Below are positions 1-15,300 of a DNA stretch of 64,000 bases, in pieces. This stretch comes from Lytechinus pictus (Eukaryota), in the NCBI RefSeq assembly GCF_037042905.1, contig NC_087251.1:13704001-13768000 (forward strand), read 5' to 3'. Each line of letters starts with the position of its first letter. Position 1 is the first letter of the stretch. The translations under genes and the position numbers were made by a program. The notes beneath the pieces were generated by a model. That model was not told the origin of the DNA, did not search any database, and was given only the letters and a program-made list of their open reading frames with translations.

Positions 1-737
1 ACCAACATTCTACTCACATTCACTGACGATAGGGGCACAGGAAGTGAGACGGGTACTGAACCCAAGATCCTTCCTACCCATAGAGGATTAAATGTGCAGA
101 TCATTATCATGTACAAACTACATTCATGTTTCCACAACCTTCACATGGCGGAAAGTCTGGGGTATATGTAACGATTCATGTCAACTACCACCCGAGGGGG
201 CAGTCAGGGCTGCTATTAACATAACCTCTCTCTTAAATGTCACATCCACCTAGCAGCTTAACGGGAGACTAAGTCTAAGAATATGATCCCTGTGGGAGGG
301 GGATACTTGGTGCTGTGAGATCAGACAACCCTTTAACCTGCTATTCCGACTAGGAGGACTTCATTGACCAACCAGTGACAGCGTGATATGCACAATTATT
401 GCTGGAAAACCTGGACCTTCTAAAGACCACCTTGTCCCTACAATCCCCCCCCCCCCGAACAAGAAACACTTCAGATGGGTATGAAAGATTTCTACAAGTT
501 CTTGCATCAAGGGGGAAGGCAAAACTTCCAATTGTTCTCACACATCCCCTAGGGTGAATTTAATGCTGAATTTTACATACATATATACTGGTCATCATCA
601 ATCTCAAGCAACTGGTGATACCGCTGCTTAATTTCAAAGTAACGGTAAAACAAAACACAAAAACAACAGTCTTCAGCTAATAAACCTATAGGCCTGAGGC
701 TCTGTGGAACTTCTATTCGAAGTCACAACTCAGAGTG

Positions 738-1234
738 GAGACCGACCGATAAGTAGCCTGCTCGGGCCCCGTTGGAATTTAGGCATCGGCAAACGTTTTT
801 TTAATAATTCGAGCGGGCTGTAAAAAGACTTATCAATGGCCGAGCAGTGCCCTAAATCTGGGTCAAATCGGGGAACTTTTCTGTTTGGCATCCAAGCAGT
901 GATTGGCTGATGATCCACCGATTCCTGGGCGGTCTCCCCTCGGCCGATATTGAATTCGCCGCAAGATCGACCAATCTCTTAGCGGCCAGCAGCCGGCGAC
1001 TGGCCGATGATCAAAATCATTTGATGGCGACCGCTCGATTATATTGGCGCCTGGACAGCGACCACCCAAGCACCGAGCGTATTTAGGGCGGCGAGTGAAA
1101 AGTGAGCAGGCGCTGCCAGAATTTTAACCCCGCGCTAAATCTTGAGCAGCGACCTAGCGATGCCCTAAAAACCAGTCGTGACGGGACTGCCGCCGCTCAG
1201 TGCCTGGGCGAAATTGGCCGGGTGACCTAAGCCA
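738..1234. mobile_element. GC-rich truncated DNA transposon fragment (one Harbinger-like end)
   Basis: CpG-rich block ending GGTGACCTAAGCCA|TAG, resembling the GGTCAC-type terminus at 4469. No matching left TIR seen. Confidence 0.5.
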
Positions 1235-4200
1235 TAGTAACAAAATAACATCAAATCAACCAAGCAAACCTGTGAATCCCCACTTAGAACATATGACTCG
1301 TATGAATAAAGTGCTCTTTACCACTTTTGATTTTGAAAAGAAGTGCAAGTCGTTATCAGTTTTGTAAGAAATGTACTGCTTCCTAAAAATAAAAAGGCTT
1401 CAAATTGAGATTAAAATTCAGTAAAAAGACTATTAAACATAGATACTGTGGAACCATGCAGTGGGGAACACAACACACACTATAGCAGACCAACAATGTC
1501 GCAAATGATAAAGGCGGCCATAAACTTCTTGCTTCCCTGAAAGTCTGTCCATCATTAAAGCCAACCTTGATCTGAGGAAGTCCTAGGCAAAGATTGTGAA
1601 GCGTAAAACTCTCGGATCTACACTCCTGAATTTCACATCCATTATGTGGCCATGTTGATATCAGGCATACAATTAGAAGGTTCAAACCAGTTTGTTTCTT
1701 CTTGATATCACCATCCCAATCAAGATCCTTCAAGTCTGACAGAGAATCTAGTATCCCAATGTTAGTTACATTCATTATTTTATCGTTGCTGTAAAGAGAG
1801 ATTCTGAATGCTTATCATCGCTAGGACGACAAAACCTTAAACCTCACATCTGGGTAAAAATTCCCTTTTCATATATTATTTTAATCACTTATTTATTAAT
1901 GATGTTATCACTTACAGTCCTGTCCAAAACTCAGCTTTCTCATTGAGTGAAGAGCATCCCATTTGAACCAGCATTATGGCAGCCTTGGTTTCCAATAACT
2001 TTTTTTTTCAAAATTTTCTTGTTGGTCAATCTTTGTTTAAATTTATATTATCTGCTCAAGTCCATGTGATCAACTAATTTGTTTGTATTCAGGCAGAAAT
2101 GTATAATGTGAATGTTCCACTGGGGTAGGGAAAAACTTGTATTTGAGAACATGATTAGTCATCATAAGCAAATTCTCACTTGAACATTCTTACATTCCCT
2201 TGCATTACAAAACAAGACACCTCCTAAGAGACAACCCTGGCATTGAGACAGAGTGCAGACAAAAAATAAACAAAGGGTAAAAATAAATCAAACATGGCAC
2301 ACATAAAATAAATCTCCTCCTCAAAAACAACTTATCATTATCACAAGTGATCAGATAAGTACAGTCTATTCTCTGACATCATGAACAGTTATCTGGACTA
2401 GAGGTCATATCCCAAAAGCTGCACAAGTACTATAACTGTAAACTAAATCTGGCGATTAAACTATTCCTACTAAGTTTCAATAAAAGTGTTTTCATTTCAA
2501 TGACCGACCTGCCTGGTATACGCATTCACAATATTTTCTTAAGTTTAACTGGGAAAAATATCATGGGGAGCACTTAAACAGATCTGTATCAGTGACAACT
2601 AGAACTCTAATAGCTACATGTAGATCAGATTTCATATTCCATCACCGAAGATTAATATCAGAACTGTGCTTGAATGCATCCTACCAAAAACCCTCCAGAG
2701 AGAAAAGGGGGATATGTTGTTGCTACGGTTACAGATGTTGGGTCATGATAAGACTCCATAGTCAGACACTAAAATATCTCAGCTAAGAGAAAGAGTCATA
2801 CTAACATGCTATGGAAAATTGTAGAATTAAACTTGCTGTAGAAGCCAAGGCAAAAAAGGGACATGTAAAAAGTAAAACCAAATGAAATCTGCAATGCACA
2901 ATCATTAAAAGAATAATTATGAACATTGATCTGCAAATATGATGATTCATAAAACAAGATAAACACTGAAGTGAAAGGCATATCTACAAACATTATTGAA
3001 ACACTGTGATGATATAGCTGTCAAAGTATATTTGTACAGTACTAGGATCTACTGTTATATTAAAAGCAAACATGACCAAGCTAAATACATAATAATTCAT
3101 ATATAAGCCACGGCTTTACACTGCAAATGTAGTTTTATACATATGTGAACTCTATCAACACCACATAAAATATATTGATTCATTGCGTCAAAATAAGAAG
3201 GCCTAGCTACCCCTAACCTCCACGCATATAGTCATTTCTACAATGCGATGCACAAAAGTCCTTTTGACAATGAAACAAAATGCTATTATTCTGCTTGAGA
3301 ATGCTATTTAATTCACAGTTTCCTTTGCAAAATGGTTTTCATCTAGATGCACAGTATACCGACTTTACGACCAAATTATTCCCAAGTTCATGATCGGGAC
3401 AGCATGACTACTGCGTGGTAGACAGTGAGAGGGTCAGTAAAATATATTATGAGTCATTTCATAAAGAGATGGAGAGGGGCTATATGGAGTCCTTGAATAG
3501 AAAAATGGCCCTGAGGGACAGGAGATGGCCAGACAGTATGACTGACCAATCCATAATGGACAATACAGATTTATGAAGAAATTATTCAGGGAACTCAAAA
3601 TTCTATAGTTTGATTGTGAACAGTTACTGCAATACAGTTTGATTTTCGCCTGCAATTATTACAGATATTGACTGCACCAGAATTAAAGGCATTCCTTATT
3701 CAGTCAGTTAAATACTGAATTTTCTCATATCTACAGACTTGATGTAATAAATGGTTGTATGGCAGACGGAATGACTTGATGGGATGGGGTTCTGGAGAGA
3801 ATGAGAGATATTCAGGAAATGAAAATATGATCAGCAAATATCTTTACAAAGCAATGATTGACATTGCAGTCCCATTGCTAAACATGAGACATTTTTAGTA
3901 GCATTCATCTAAAAATGCATAGCAAATTGCAATGTGGTACCCGAAAAATTATATACCATGAAGTTTTTTATATACGCCTATGTGTTGACCAAGTTCCAAC
4001 CAATTCCTTTCTATTTGTATTTTTTTAGTAGATTCCATTCATGAAACATGCTAGTGGAGACATTGAATGTGACTCTCAATCACCAGTGATGAATCGAAAT
4101 ACATCTTAGTTGTCTAAGATGGTTAGCACGGGTTTACTGAACTGAGTTTATTGAACTGAACGGGTATTGCAACTATGCAATAGGAGGGGACATGTATAGG

Positions 4201-4468
4201 ATGTTTAGGAGACAGAGAGTAAGACAAGAAATTAAGATGATGGATCTTATTATCATATGGTAAGACAATCATCATCTTGTTCTCCAGTCTTGGCTTCCTT
4301 AAAGGTACATGCAGAAAATGATTAAGAGCTACATTAACTTATTGCCTATAGGTATTTGTCATGCAATATTGATTCAGGTTAGAATTTAGGAAATGGGAGT
4401 ACCAAACAAAAACTGGGGGCAGCCAGGACATATTACAAGCTATCCTAAATCCAAGCATATGGGCATAA

Positions 4469-4593
4469 TAGCTCGGTCACATTTGCTCTACGGCGGCCGT
4501 ACGGCGAGTCGAAAACAGCCGTTTTATTAATTTGTTAAAACGGCTGTTTTCGAATTGCCGTACGGCCGCCGTAGAGCAAATGCGATTGAGGTA
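4469..4593. mobile_element. 125-bp hairpin PIF/Harbinger-like MITE
   Basis: Near-palindromic (CATTTGCTCTACGGCGGCCGTACGGC and its reverse complement), TAA/TAA TSD. Confidence 0.82.
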
Positions 4594-6205
4594 TAACCAA
4601 TCAATACAAAATTTGAAAAATACAAAATTTGAAGAATCAAATAGTCATCAGAGAATAACATCAGAAATAAGAAAATACAAGGAGGCCATGTAGGATTCTT
4701 TAAAATATATTTCTTCTTATTATTATTATCTTCTTTTTTTTTTTTGGGGGGGGGGGGGAATTTAAGTTAATATAAGGCAAATTTCAAACATGTAGTGGTC
4801 AAATATGACAAATCTTCTTAATGCTTACATTAAAGGCAAGCAGCTATATGAAGATAATTAACTGCATATACAGTATAGCCTTGAAATATGCCTACTTTCA
4901 TTTCCCTAATCTAAAGAAGAATTCAGTCACCACAAATATTTCATCTTCCACAAATATTTGCATCTCTCCCACAAATATCTCATCTACAAGGAAAATATTT
5001 GTAGGCGGAAGAACAAAATCATATTCCAGAAGCTCAAATCGATATTTTTGGACATATTTCACCAAGTCATGCTTCCAGGAACACATGACTCTACCTCACA
5101 CTCATTTACTGGTCGACTCAGACCTCCTTACTCTGATGAGAGGGTTAATGAAAATCAATTTACTCAAGCATTGCGGCAAGAGGAGGGAAACCCCGACTCC
5201 CTGGCTGGAAAATATCTTTGCATTACAGGCCGACATGATGAATGGGAGTATGACTCATTGGGTAAATTTCATTTTCGACTGCGGTACTACGCTTCTGGGA
5301 ATCGATGAGAAATGCAAACTTTGGCGGCCGGTGTGAAGCCAAGATTGGAGGGATGCAGTTGATGAGGGATCTTCCATTGATGATTTGGTGATGATACATC
5401 TAATAATCAATGTAGGGTATACATTGGTGCAATGGGGGAGAGCGCTGGTTAAATATTTGACGACTGTCTGATTGACAAAGTGCAGAGGGCATGGGGCTAA
5501 GTGTGCTCCATTGTTTTGCATGATACCAAATGTAAATACTGCCTTTGTGGTGGTTAAACATAATTAAGTTGTTAAACTCTGCAGGCTTCCATTGAATGCA
5601 TATTGTACATCATGAATATGCAGGCCATCATGCTAATTGCAGTCCAGTCTGATGTATCCTCAATTGTACAGTAAATTATTCATCCTCAATTATACAGTAA
5701 ATTATTCATTTCCTGATTCATACTTGAGTGCTCCATAAAATTAACATTTCCAATACTCTTTCTTCTCAAATTCATGTCTAAACTAATACAATCTACCAAC
5801 TGCAAAGATAATCAATCCAATGAATACTTTATGTTGTTGATTCCCAAAGGTGTAATTGAAGGGATGGCAGGCTTCCCTGAGCCAGACATTTGAGCTAGAA
5901 ATGGTATATTCTTACAATATGTATTGATTTTCACTGTAAATAAATTTATCCGTAAAGAGACCTGAATGTATCACAGCATCTCCCATTGTAATAAGCCCAT
6001 AATCTTTGACTCGTCCATCCCCTCTTTATAAAAGGAAAACATATATTTTACAAAAACCAGATCTGCTGAATGTTCAATGAAATTTTTTCAAACCCTAAAA
6101 AAGGGGTTTTAACACACACAAAAAAAAAACCCACACAGCAACATATTTGGTTGGCTGAAACTCTTGTCCGCACTTTAGGGTGTTATAGCGAGTCAAAAAA
6201 ATCTA

Positions 6206-6511
6206 CCTGGGAGTGTTTTATGAAACATCTTGTCAGTGATTTTTACTGGCAAATTCTCTCTCAGACAATCAGCTGCAAGAACTTCAGTATTATTCACTAT
6301 TTTTTTCGGGAAATGTTCCCCTGGTACTGCTTGTGTTTACACCCTGCAAACTTCACATCTTCATGAGATATCTTCATCTGTGACTCAGGAAGTATTTATT
6401 ATCTGATTTTCACCCTGAAATCTTCTTTTAGCCAATCAGATGGAATAATTTCAGTAGCTCATCATGATTCTCTGTGAAAATCACTGACAAAACATTTAAT
6501 GAACTACTCCA
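6206..6511. mobile_element. Old degenerate MITE
   Basis: Imperfect inverted ends GGAGTGTTTTATGAAACATCTTGTCAGTGATTTT / AAAATCACTGACAAAACATTTAATGAACTACTCC. Confidence 0.45.
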
Positions 6512-8745
6512 CACAGTTTGATTTATATTACAAGTCATGACTGGGACTTGTCTGAGCTGTACTTTCTTTTTTTCATTCAAACAAAACATCAAGTCTCATC
6601 TTAAGTAAAAGTTCATTCTTTCACTTTGCATTAAAATAAATTACACAAATATTGGTCAAATGAAATAACTTGGTATTCTGCACAAAGGCAATTTTTTTCA
6701 TTGTGACTTCCATGAAGTCTAAAATGTCAGCGTAAAACTTTTGTAATCTGAAAATATAATTTAATATGATGATGGTTGAATTCTAGAACGAATCTGAGTA
6801 TCGATATGCATGTGCATAACCCTTATTCATTCCTAAACATGTGTAGTAATATCTAAATTTTATAGCCCATCAAATTTGCAAATTGAAAATTTATGTCCTA
6901 ACCCTAGTTCGCCCACCTCCTCCATGTGGAGATGTAATCATGGTTATCTTCAGACATACCCCTGTTCAGACTACTAAAAATAGTGGTATAAATGAATCCA
7001 TAAGATTTAAGTGCTATTACATTTGGTAGATAGTTAGTTTATGGTCAAGAATTGTTAATATTGTCACATAAAAGCATGAAGCAAAGTGTGAAAATACAAA
7101 GATGAATTTGGAATAGGGATCCTTATCACATTTATATCATTCCATCTATAGATAAAAATTTGGTAAGATGGGGGCTATTCATATAGCCACAAATCAAGCT
7201 AGCAGTAATCTTCTATGCTAATTAAAATATCTTTCCTTAGATTTTTTATATCAACTTTCTTAATTTACCTTTATCAATGAAATTGTACTTTTACGACAAA
7301 CCAATATGCTTTTTCTTTTGATTCATTCTCTACTACTGTATAAGAAAAGATATTGGTATTGGTTTTAAATTTGCTTATTTTCAGTGGATTACGCTGTAAA
7401 ATTATCCCAAATTTACTTTATCCAAAGTACTACTTATTCCACAATCCACTATCCCAGGACCAAAGTCCAAAAAGCCCACTATCCAGTGACTATCTAAAGT
7501 CCTTCAGTAGCTCATAGAGATACAAGATAACATGATGTGTGCTCTAAAAGAATTAAACATTATCATTATTTTGTAAAATGTCAGTGTTGCACAAGTAGAC
7601 AATATGAGAAATATGCAAAATAAAGATGAGTAAAAGTCCATTGTTGTTTGAAGATGATAATGTATTCAATGCCACAGAAAAAGGGAAAATTTACAAATTT
7701 CATATTTTTGAAGAAAATCATGAAATATATATTTTGTTCATTCTGTTAATCTTATATTTGTTATTTCTTATGCTTATTGTGTATTAAAAAATAAACAGCC
7801 TGAAATAAAATCTTTAAACAATATTTCCTTTGGTGTGAATAGGTTCATGGTCCTAGATTGGATTACCAACCTACTGGAGGAGATGGAGGTAAAGAATGGA
7901 AGACATCTGAAGATGGAAATTGGACTTGATGGATGGACATCATGGATGGATGGGCAAGCAAGCATCATGAAGGTCATGGGATACTATCTAAGAATAGTCT
8001 CCAAACATTATACCAGGTAGACATTTAGCTTCCAGCCGAACACAAATATTTCACGATTTAAAACAAAAAGCGGTTTGAAATGTTTTTGTGTTTGCTTGGT
8101 TTAGTTCTTTATCAGCTTTAGAATGCAGGTGAAAAGTAATTTCAATTATGCTTTCCATACCAGAGGAGGTTGTAAAAAAAAGGGGTTGATTTTGTTCAAA
8201 ACTATCAGATCAAATATTAAATGATACTATATAGTGAGAAAAATAAGTCATTTGTAGGTGTAGAAAAGTTACCTCATTACAATTTTTTGTTAAGTTGGAG
8301 TATTCCTTGAGAATCAGTTCTCAAATGAATTCATTCATTTTTATTTAAACAGTTCATTCCACCACATTTTTTTTTTTTTTTTGGGGGGGGGGGGTAATAA
8401 ACTGAACCTATGCTTTGGGCGTTTTAAACAAATATACATGTAGGTAATGTAAATTGATTCTTTATCCAGTTGAAAACTCTTGCAACTTGAACAAGCCATC
8501 CCATAATTTGAAATTACCATTTGTCTTTTCTTCAAGTCTGACCCGCAAGACTACTTCGCAGCCCCAGCAGTTTCTGGTCTAGCAACAATGCAAGCATGGC
8601 CAAAGATCAAGTTCTCCCCGGGATCTCTCCACCGAATCTGTTTGTGGTTCTAACTACATGATGTCATCTCACACTCAAAGTTTGAGATTACGAGTCTCCT
8701 TTGCATTTCTTTGCAGGCAGGGAGTCATTAAAGAGAGTAGACTTA

Positions 8746-9208
8746 GAGGCTGTTCTCACTACGTTCCTAAAACTAGTTTACTGGGAACCGGTTCAGAAAG
8801 CCAGTTTGGAAGATCGCTTTGCTAGCGTTCTCACTTGATCACACGAAAGTGATTTTCAAAATCACTTCACGTAAAGCGCTCTTGTTGCTATGGAAACGCT
8901 CTCAGTGGGGTGACACGTTTCGCGCGAAATTCGAAACCGCAGCATAGGCATTCTACACCTGTCGTGTGGAGTAGCGCGCTCAAAATGTGCGAAGATCGCT
9001 TCCCGAAGAACGGTTGTGTCCTCACTTACGCTAAAACCACTTTTCCGATGCGAAGCGATCTTGAAAACTACATCGCGAGGTGGTCTTCCAAACTGGTTTG
9101 GAAGAGCGCTTCCAAGAGCGCTTCGACCGTTCTCACTTAGCGTTAAACTAGTTTCCACTAAACTAGTTTCCAGTAAACTAGTTTAAGGAACTGAGTGAGA
9201 ACAGCCTC
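8746..9208. mobile_element. PIF/Harbinger-like MITE family B
   Basis: TIR GAGGCTGTTCTCACT, TTA/TTA TSD. A diverged partial copy lies at ~34446-34740. Confidence 0.88.
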
Positions 9209-11996
9209 TTAGCTGTTGGACTAGATTACTGTGGCCACAAAAAGCATTTGCAAGATCTTTTATCAGCAAAAGAGAAGAGAACACAGCAGTCTTCAGGACT
9301 GGATGTGTGGTGCCAATATTCAAGGCATCAAAAGGTAGAAGGATGGTTTTGCAATTAGAGGAAGTGACTTGTGACATTGTGACATTCTTGTTGAGTGGGT
9401 ATGTTACAAGCGGAATAGCATGTGACATAACGATTGACTTGTGAACCCTACTAAGTGGTCTCAATCAAAATTTTCCTGCCAAAGCAAGTTACAGATGTCA
9501 TCAAGTAACATAGATCTGATGCTATTAAAAGACAGTCAGCCAAAGATTGTGAATCAACATGGAACAAGTTAAAGAGCTGAATGCGTTTGCACACAAGTCT
9601 ATGCTTAAAGGGATTTCAAAATTAATTTACAATAACAATATAGGCGTATTCAAGCAGGGTGGATGGGAATTGTCCAAAACACTCTCCCAAACAAAATTTA
9701 TCAACTTTCTGTGCCCTGTCCCCTCCATTACGAAATCCCGGATCCACCCCCCTGTATTCATTTGAGCCGTTGAGGAGTTTATTCCATAAAGGAACTTCAA
9801 ATTTAGACAATAATGAAGCAAAGATGAGTGGCAATGGTAGGTAAAGGGCCATCCCTCCTGCAACAGCCTTGTCAAAGATGGCAATAAAAGAAAAATGATC
9901 GCAGCTGTCCATCTAATTACATGTTTGCTTTGCAAGTGTTGAACTATCATGTCCGATTCCTGTCCCACCCATGTAGTCATCACCTATGTAGCCAAGATGT
10001 CGCTAAGTTCAGCCATCATTTTCCTCAGACTGACAGGTCATTCACATCAGAATCATAAAAAATCCTAATATGGACATATCAAATTAAAAGAAGCTCTGAT
10101 CAATATGGGAGATGACAAACTTAAAACAAATGTGTCATAAAGAATTCAATATCATAACTTATGAAATAAGTGGATGTCATCAAACAATTTGTCAGCTTCA
10201 TTGGTCTTTGCAAAAAGAGACAGCAATAGAAGCAAACATGTATTGGAGGCCTCTATATTTCACTGCCTGCTTGAAATGAGTAAGCCTACACCACTTATCG
10301 TGTTGTGTAACAGACATAACGTCATGTCCGTTACACAACAAAGCACAACTGTCTTGTAAAATTAGTTATTAAAGTTAATTTTAAATGTGTCTGATAAACT
10401 TTCGGCTTAAATAGTCAAATTTGACTGAAAAGCCGTAAAAAAATAACAAAACAAAAAAACTTTGACAATTGCGTTATACCAGAGATTTTAAAGCATGATG
10501 CTTTTAAACTGCCGTAACATGTCATGTCCATGGAATTGCCCACAACAGACTGAATAGTGTATACAACAGGGACCTGGTACTGGTAGTCATTTCTCCTTTA
10601 TGTTTTCCATTTTCACGGCATAAGTATGCGGTTTAACAATATATGAAATGTTATCACTCACCATCCCAACATTGTTTTTCTTTCTGTCTAAAAGACTAGA
10701 AATAATCATACAAATAGAAATTGAATAAATCATAATAAATTAAGTTTGTGAGAGTGAACTGGGGATACCAGGGACTCTATACAGTTAGTGGATGAGCAGA
10801 CAGAAAAGTAATTAGAGACAGATGGTGAGGGGTATTTTTGGATCTAGTTCTGGGTCATGAGGAGTTATGCCAATAACATTTAGGACCCGCCTAGCTACTG
10901 ATTCTAGAACCTCTGAATGACAGCTACAGTAGATGTAATCTCAGTAAGCTTCATCTCATTAAAGATAAACAAACTTGACCAACAAAAATACATGTATACC
11001 AATTTGAAAAAACACTAGATTTCGAAGGAACATTACTGAGATGTAGAGCAAGAAAGTGTTGGAAAGTTGAGATCAATCATGCTCTATCAATAACATATCA
11101 TCGTTTATAAGTTATAACTCCAAATTCTGCATCACTCGTAAGAATTTGATCACTTTTCTTTTACATAAACCAATCCACTTCTAAAATTTCATAGAGAAGC
11201 AAACTGATATTTTTTCAAAAATATCTTTTGAAACCATCTTTACTGACTGAGCACTAGCACTAACAGAGGCCCTGTTACAACCGGGAATGTGGCGGCGATG
11301 CCTAATGTTACAACAATGCATTGAAATAAATGTTTTGACTTAACAATCCGAAAGATGTGACTGAGCTTACTGTTAGAGCTCTGTTAGGCTAACAACGTTT
11401 CTGTGCGGTCGGCACTGTCAAACTACTGTTTTGTTCATGTTCTGAATGTGTTTTTTAAACACACTACTTCTACTCATGTTAAAGGGGGCGTGTCCTCACT
11501 AGTTCTCTCATCACCTGACAGATCACATGACCTTGGTGCTCCTGATCAGACTGGATAAACACCATCTGGTTATACTTGGCATTGACTCTAGACTCATGAC
11601 AGAAACATAACCCTAACCTTCCACTCATATGCTACCCTTGCTAATTTATAGCTTCCATATTTAAAGGGGTCCCATGTATTCAAACCAGTTTAAAAAAAAA
11701 GTGTGGGGCTCATAAAGTTGATGAAGTTAATTGTAAAATAATATGTAATATCTTATTCAGGGGTAAATAATAGTTTGTGCAAAGGAGTTATTTTATGGCC
11801 TATACATCTACAACGCTTTTTTGTAGACATTTTCAAGTTGTGCCTACATGACTGATCCAGAGCTGCAATCCCATCATAAACCAGGTTTAAATGAATATTG
11901 ATGGAAGAGTTGTCCTTGTATGAACATGGCATCTAATTTACGCAACGCATTCAAACAATGAATACAGTTACCCTTCTTTATTTAAAGTAAATCTTA

Positions 11997-12383
11997 TACC
12001 CCTTTCATAAACCCATCCTCCAATTAGCCGCCTAAGAGTAATGCGGATAATTCAATAAAAATTGCGTTCACAAACTCTGAAAATAATCCGCACTATTTTT
12101 ACGAGCGCCCGTCCTGAAAAAGGCGGATAATCGTCATGACAACTGCACACGCCCCCTCCGATGCGGTTGTGTTGGAAAAGGGTGACCTTGTGACCGCACC
12201 ATGGCAATTATCCACATTATTTGAAAATGCGTTCATAAAGTCAAAATCTGGTCCCGATGCCGCTATTATGCGGATAATTGCAGCATCAAAATTCAAAATA
12301 ATGCGGATAACTCTGGTCCTCCTCCGATTTTACGACCAAATTATGCTGCTATTAGCCGCATAATCGGGTTTATGAAAGGGGTA
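11997..12383. mobile_element. PIF/Harbinger-like MITE family A, copy 1
   Basis: TIR TACCCCTTTCATAAACCC, TTA/TTA TSD. Confidence 0.9.
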
Positions 12384-15300
12384 TTATATGACCAGGCTGG
12401 TGACCGACCTCAAACTACAAAATAATTGTGTGAAAATTGTCATAAAGTATTGGTAGAGCATATTAGTTCAATAAAAAAATGAAGTGGTTCAACACGAAGC
12501 AGGAATGGGACAAATCAACCAGTATTTTAATGTGATGCAGTACATAAAAATATAACACAAAGCAGTACATTCTGTTAGGATGGAGTATTTCACTGATAAC
12601 CTTCCTCTACATCAGATAGTGTCGCACTGTCACTGATGCTGGACAGGGCTCCATATTAAAGGCAGTACAACTCAAGTACATAATCTGAAAGTCATTCTAT
12701 TGCGTTATTGAACATTTAAATCCATCTATCATAAACTTGGCTATAATATCGCTTTGCTCTCACAGTACACAAATGAGGCATGCTTTATGCGATGCCATTG
12801 ACATGGACAGAATTATGGATTTTATAAGATCATTAAAGGAATGGTGACCCACTATAAAATACTATCCATTTCCATGCCTCATATCCCTCTTATAGATGTG
12901 ATTTATCCCCAAATCCTATTCAAAACAGGGCTATTAAATAAGCAATCACTACAACTCTGACCCTCATTACCCTACTTTGCACTGAAAATCACCCTTTATA
13001 ATGTTAGTTGTATTGGAGATCCAATATCTTCCAACTACTTGTCAAGATAGCAGACATATCGAGTAATATCCACAATATAGGCCGCGTCCATTCCTAAGTC
13101 AAGTTGATTTGGATAAACAGAGCAAGTTTGTAAAAAGTGTAACACTGAACATAACATCAGTAATGGAATTTGATGTTCATAGTGTGATGCCACAGCTCGG
13201 GTGGGGGGGGGGGGGACAAGCGGTATTTGACTGCAGAGTCTGTGAACGATTTGAGAATCCTGTTTATTAATAATTCCAATGAGGTCGGGTATGTCTGTAG
13301 TGTAAACTGGGACGTCCTTAAACAGCACTAAAAAGTATGACCTATTCTGGTCTTCGACATTTCATTGATTCATTTTTCAAAAAAATTGTTCACCTATATG
13401 TAGTCCGCACCAACTAATTAGGGTATTGTATATGTTTCTTAAAGACATTATTTTCTACTTTTTCATGAATTGCTGTATTTTCAAAGTTTGATTACAGTAT
13501 CATCACCCCCAGTATGGAAACATTAACAAAGCACAGAAGATAAACATGAATGACCAAGTTTTATGATTCTCAAAGCCATAGATCTATGTCAAGGAAATCT
13601 AAACAAAACCAAAGTGCATCTATCCTTATTCCTTTTAAAAACAATTCACAAAATGGACCATGATTATCAGCCTTTCAGTGACTGTATGCTACCATAAAAT
13701 TTTGTCAGACTATCTGTCTTACCATATTAACGTCAAAAGAGGATTCGTCAAAAACAACAAGTACGCCTAAATTCTCTTGTCTTATTAAAGTCAATTAGGT
13801 ATGTATCTTAAAAGTTTGTTCATTTTGTTGATGAGCAATTATTTTCAAACTTCTAGAATATTATTCAAATGCCAATTTCTATCCATTTTTTACTCAGCAA
13901 AGAAAGACAGAGAGAGAGATAGGAAAATAAAGTTAGTTATTTTTTTTAAAGGAAATGGGTGCAAAATGTGTAGCTGGAAGATATGTCATCCAGATGGTCA
14001 TTTAAAAACACTATGAAGAATAAAACTGTTTATTTCTCCCTTTCCATTCCTGTAAACTGTGAAAGATATCAGAAAATGTGTGAACTTTGGAGCATTTCCT
14101 TGTGTCAACAAGGGCATATTCTACCACTAAAGACTTGTACCAAAGTTCTTTCTCCATTCAAATTTTATAAGATTGAAAAATGTTGCTTAATTTTTTTTTA
14201 CTTTAGGTTTCTTCATTTATCACACCTAGCAGACAAATGTCTAATGAATGACATTAATTTCCTTATTCATGATCTGGTGAGGACTAGTCGTTATTTGTAA
14301 TATTAGTTTTTGATACATTTTGTAGCGCAAAGTATATATATTTCTTTTTCACTTCATATTTCCTTTCTCTTAACCTCTTAGAGGCAATTTGCGGTATATA
14401 AAATTATTATCATAATAATAACTTCCTACATTCAGTGAAATAAAAGACCATATGATAGTACACTGTACATCATTTATACTCCAGACCCATGTGCAATTCT
14501 AGACTTCTAATATCTTATTTGGTTCATTAATCTAATATTCATTTTCTCTAAGAAATAAACATGCAGGAATGCAAAATTACATTAATAATTCAATCAAAAT
14601 GAGAGGAACAGCAGCAGTGACCATGTACAGTGTAGCTGTTCTTAAAAACAGGGAGTCTAATGCATGTTAGGCCCCGTTGTCATCATTTCAATTTACAGCT
14701 TTTTGTAGGTGCTAATCCCCAAGCAGTAGTCATACAAACACGTCACCGCACTTTATGCGTGAACAGTACAAATGAGTCGACACATCGTTATAATGAGATT
14801 CTCTTAGTATGTGGACCAATGCTAACTCATACACACGTGGAGGGATGGTCGCGGGGAAGCACGGTCATACCCACGATGACTCATTGATTGGTTCTGCCAA
14901 GCTTAAATCCTTCTATTTAAAGGTGGATATCATTACTAGGGCAGATCATAAAAATATGATTTTATTTTATTTTCATCTTGGAGACTGGAAATTATTACAG
15001 TGGGGATCACGTGAAGATATCATCTGAGGGTGAATCATGGATAGATTATATTATTCGATATGTTAGCATTAGCAAGAAGAAAGCATTATGAATGGTGTGA
15101 CTCAGATGCTTATGGGTACAGGTAGTGAATAAGGAATCAATACATAATTGACCAAAATAAAGAAATGCAATATGATTATTATCATCACGGTAATGTGTTT
15201 TTGAACTGTAAGTTGGTTTTGCCCTTCATCATCCAATTATTGGCCCCTTATCATTTCAAGGGATGAATATATGAAGGAGAACCTTGTTGCCAAAACATTG

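Noticed and set aside
4821..5521. Overlapping 171-aa and 116-aa ORFs
   Set aside because: No recognisable motifs. They partly span a short degenerate CACAAATAT repeat and have no convincing splice structure.
7835..8020. Possible plus-strand exon bounded by AG/GT
   Set aside because: No recognisable product and no partner exons.
12099..12363. Recurrent ORF (also at 27653 and 36464)
   Set aside because: It recurs only because it lies in MITE family A and has no transposase motifs.
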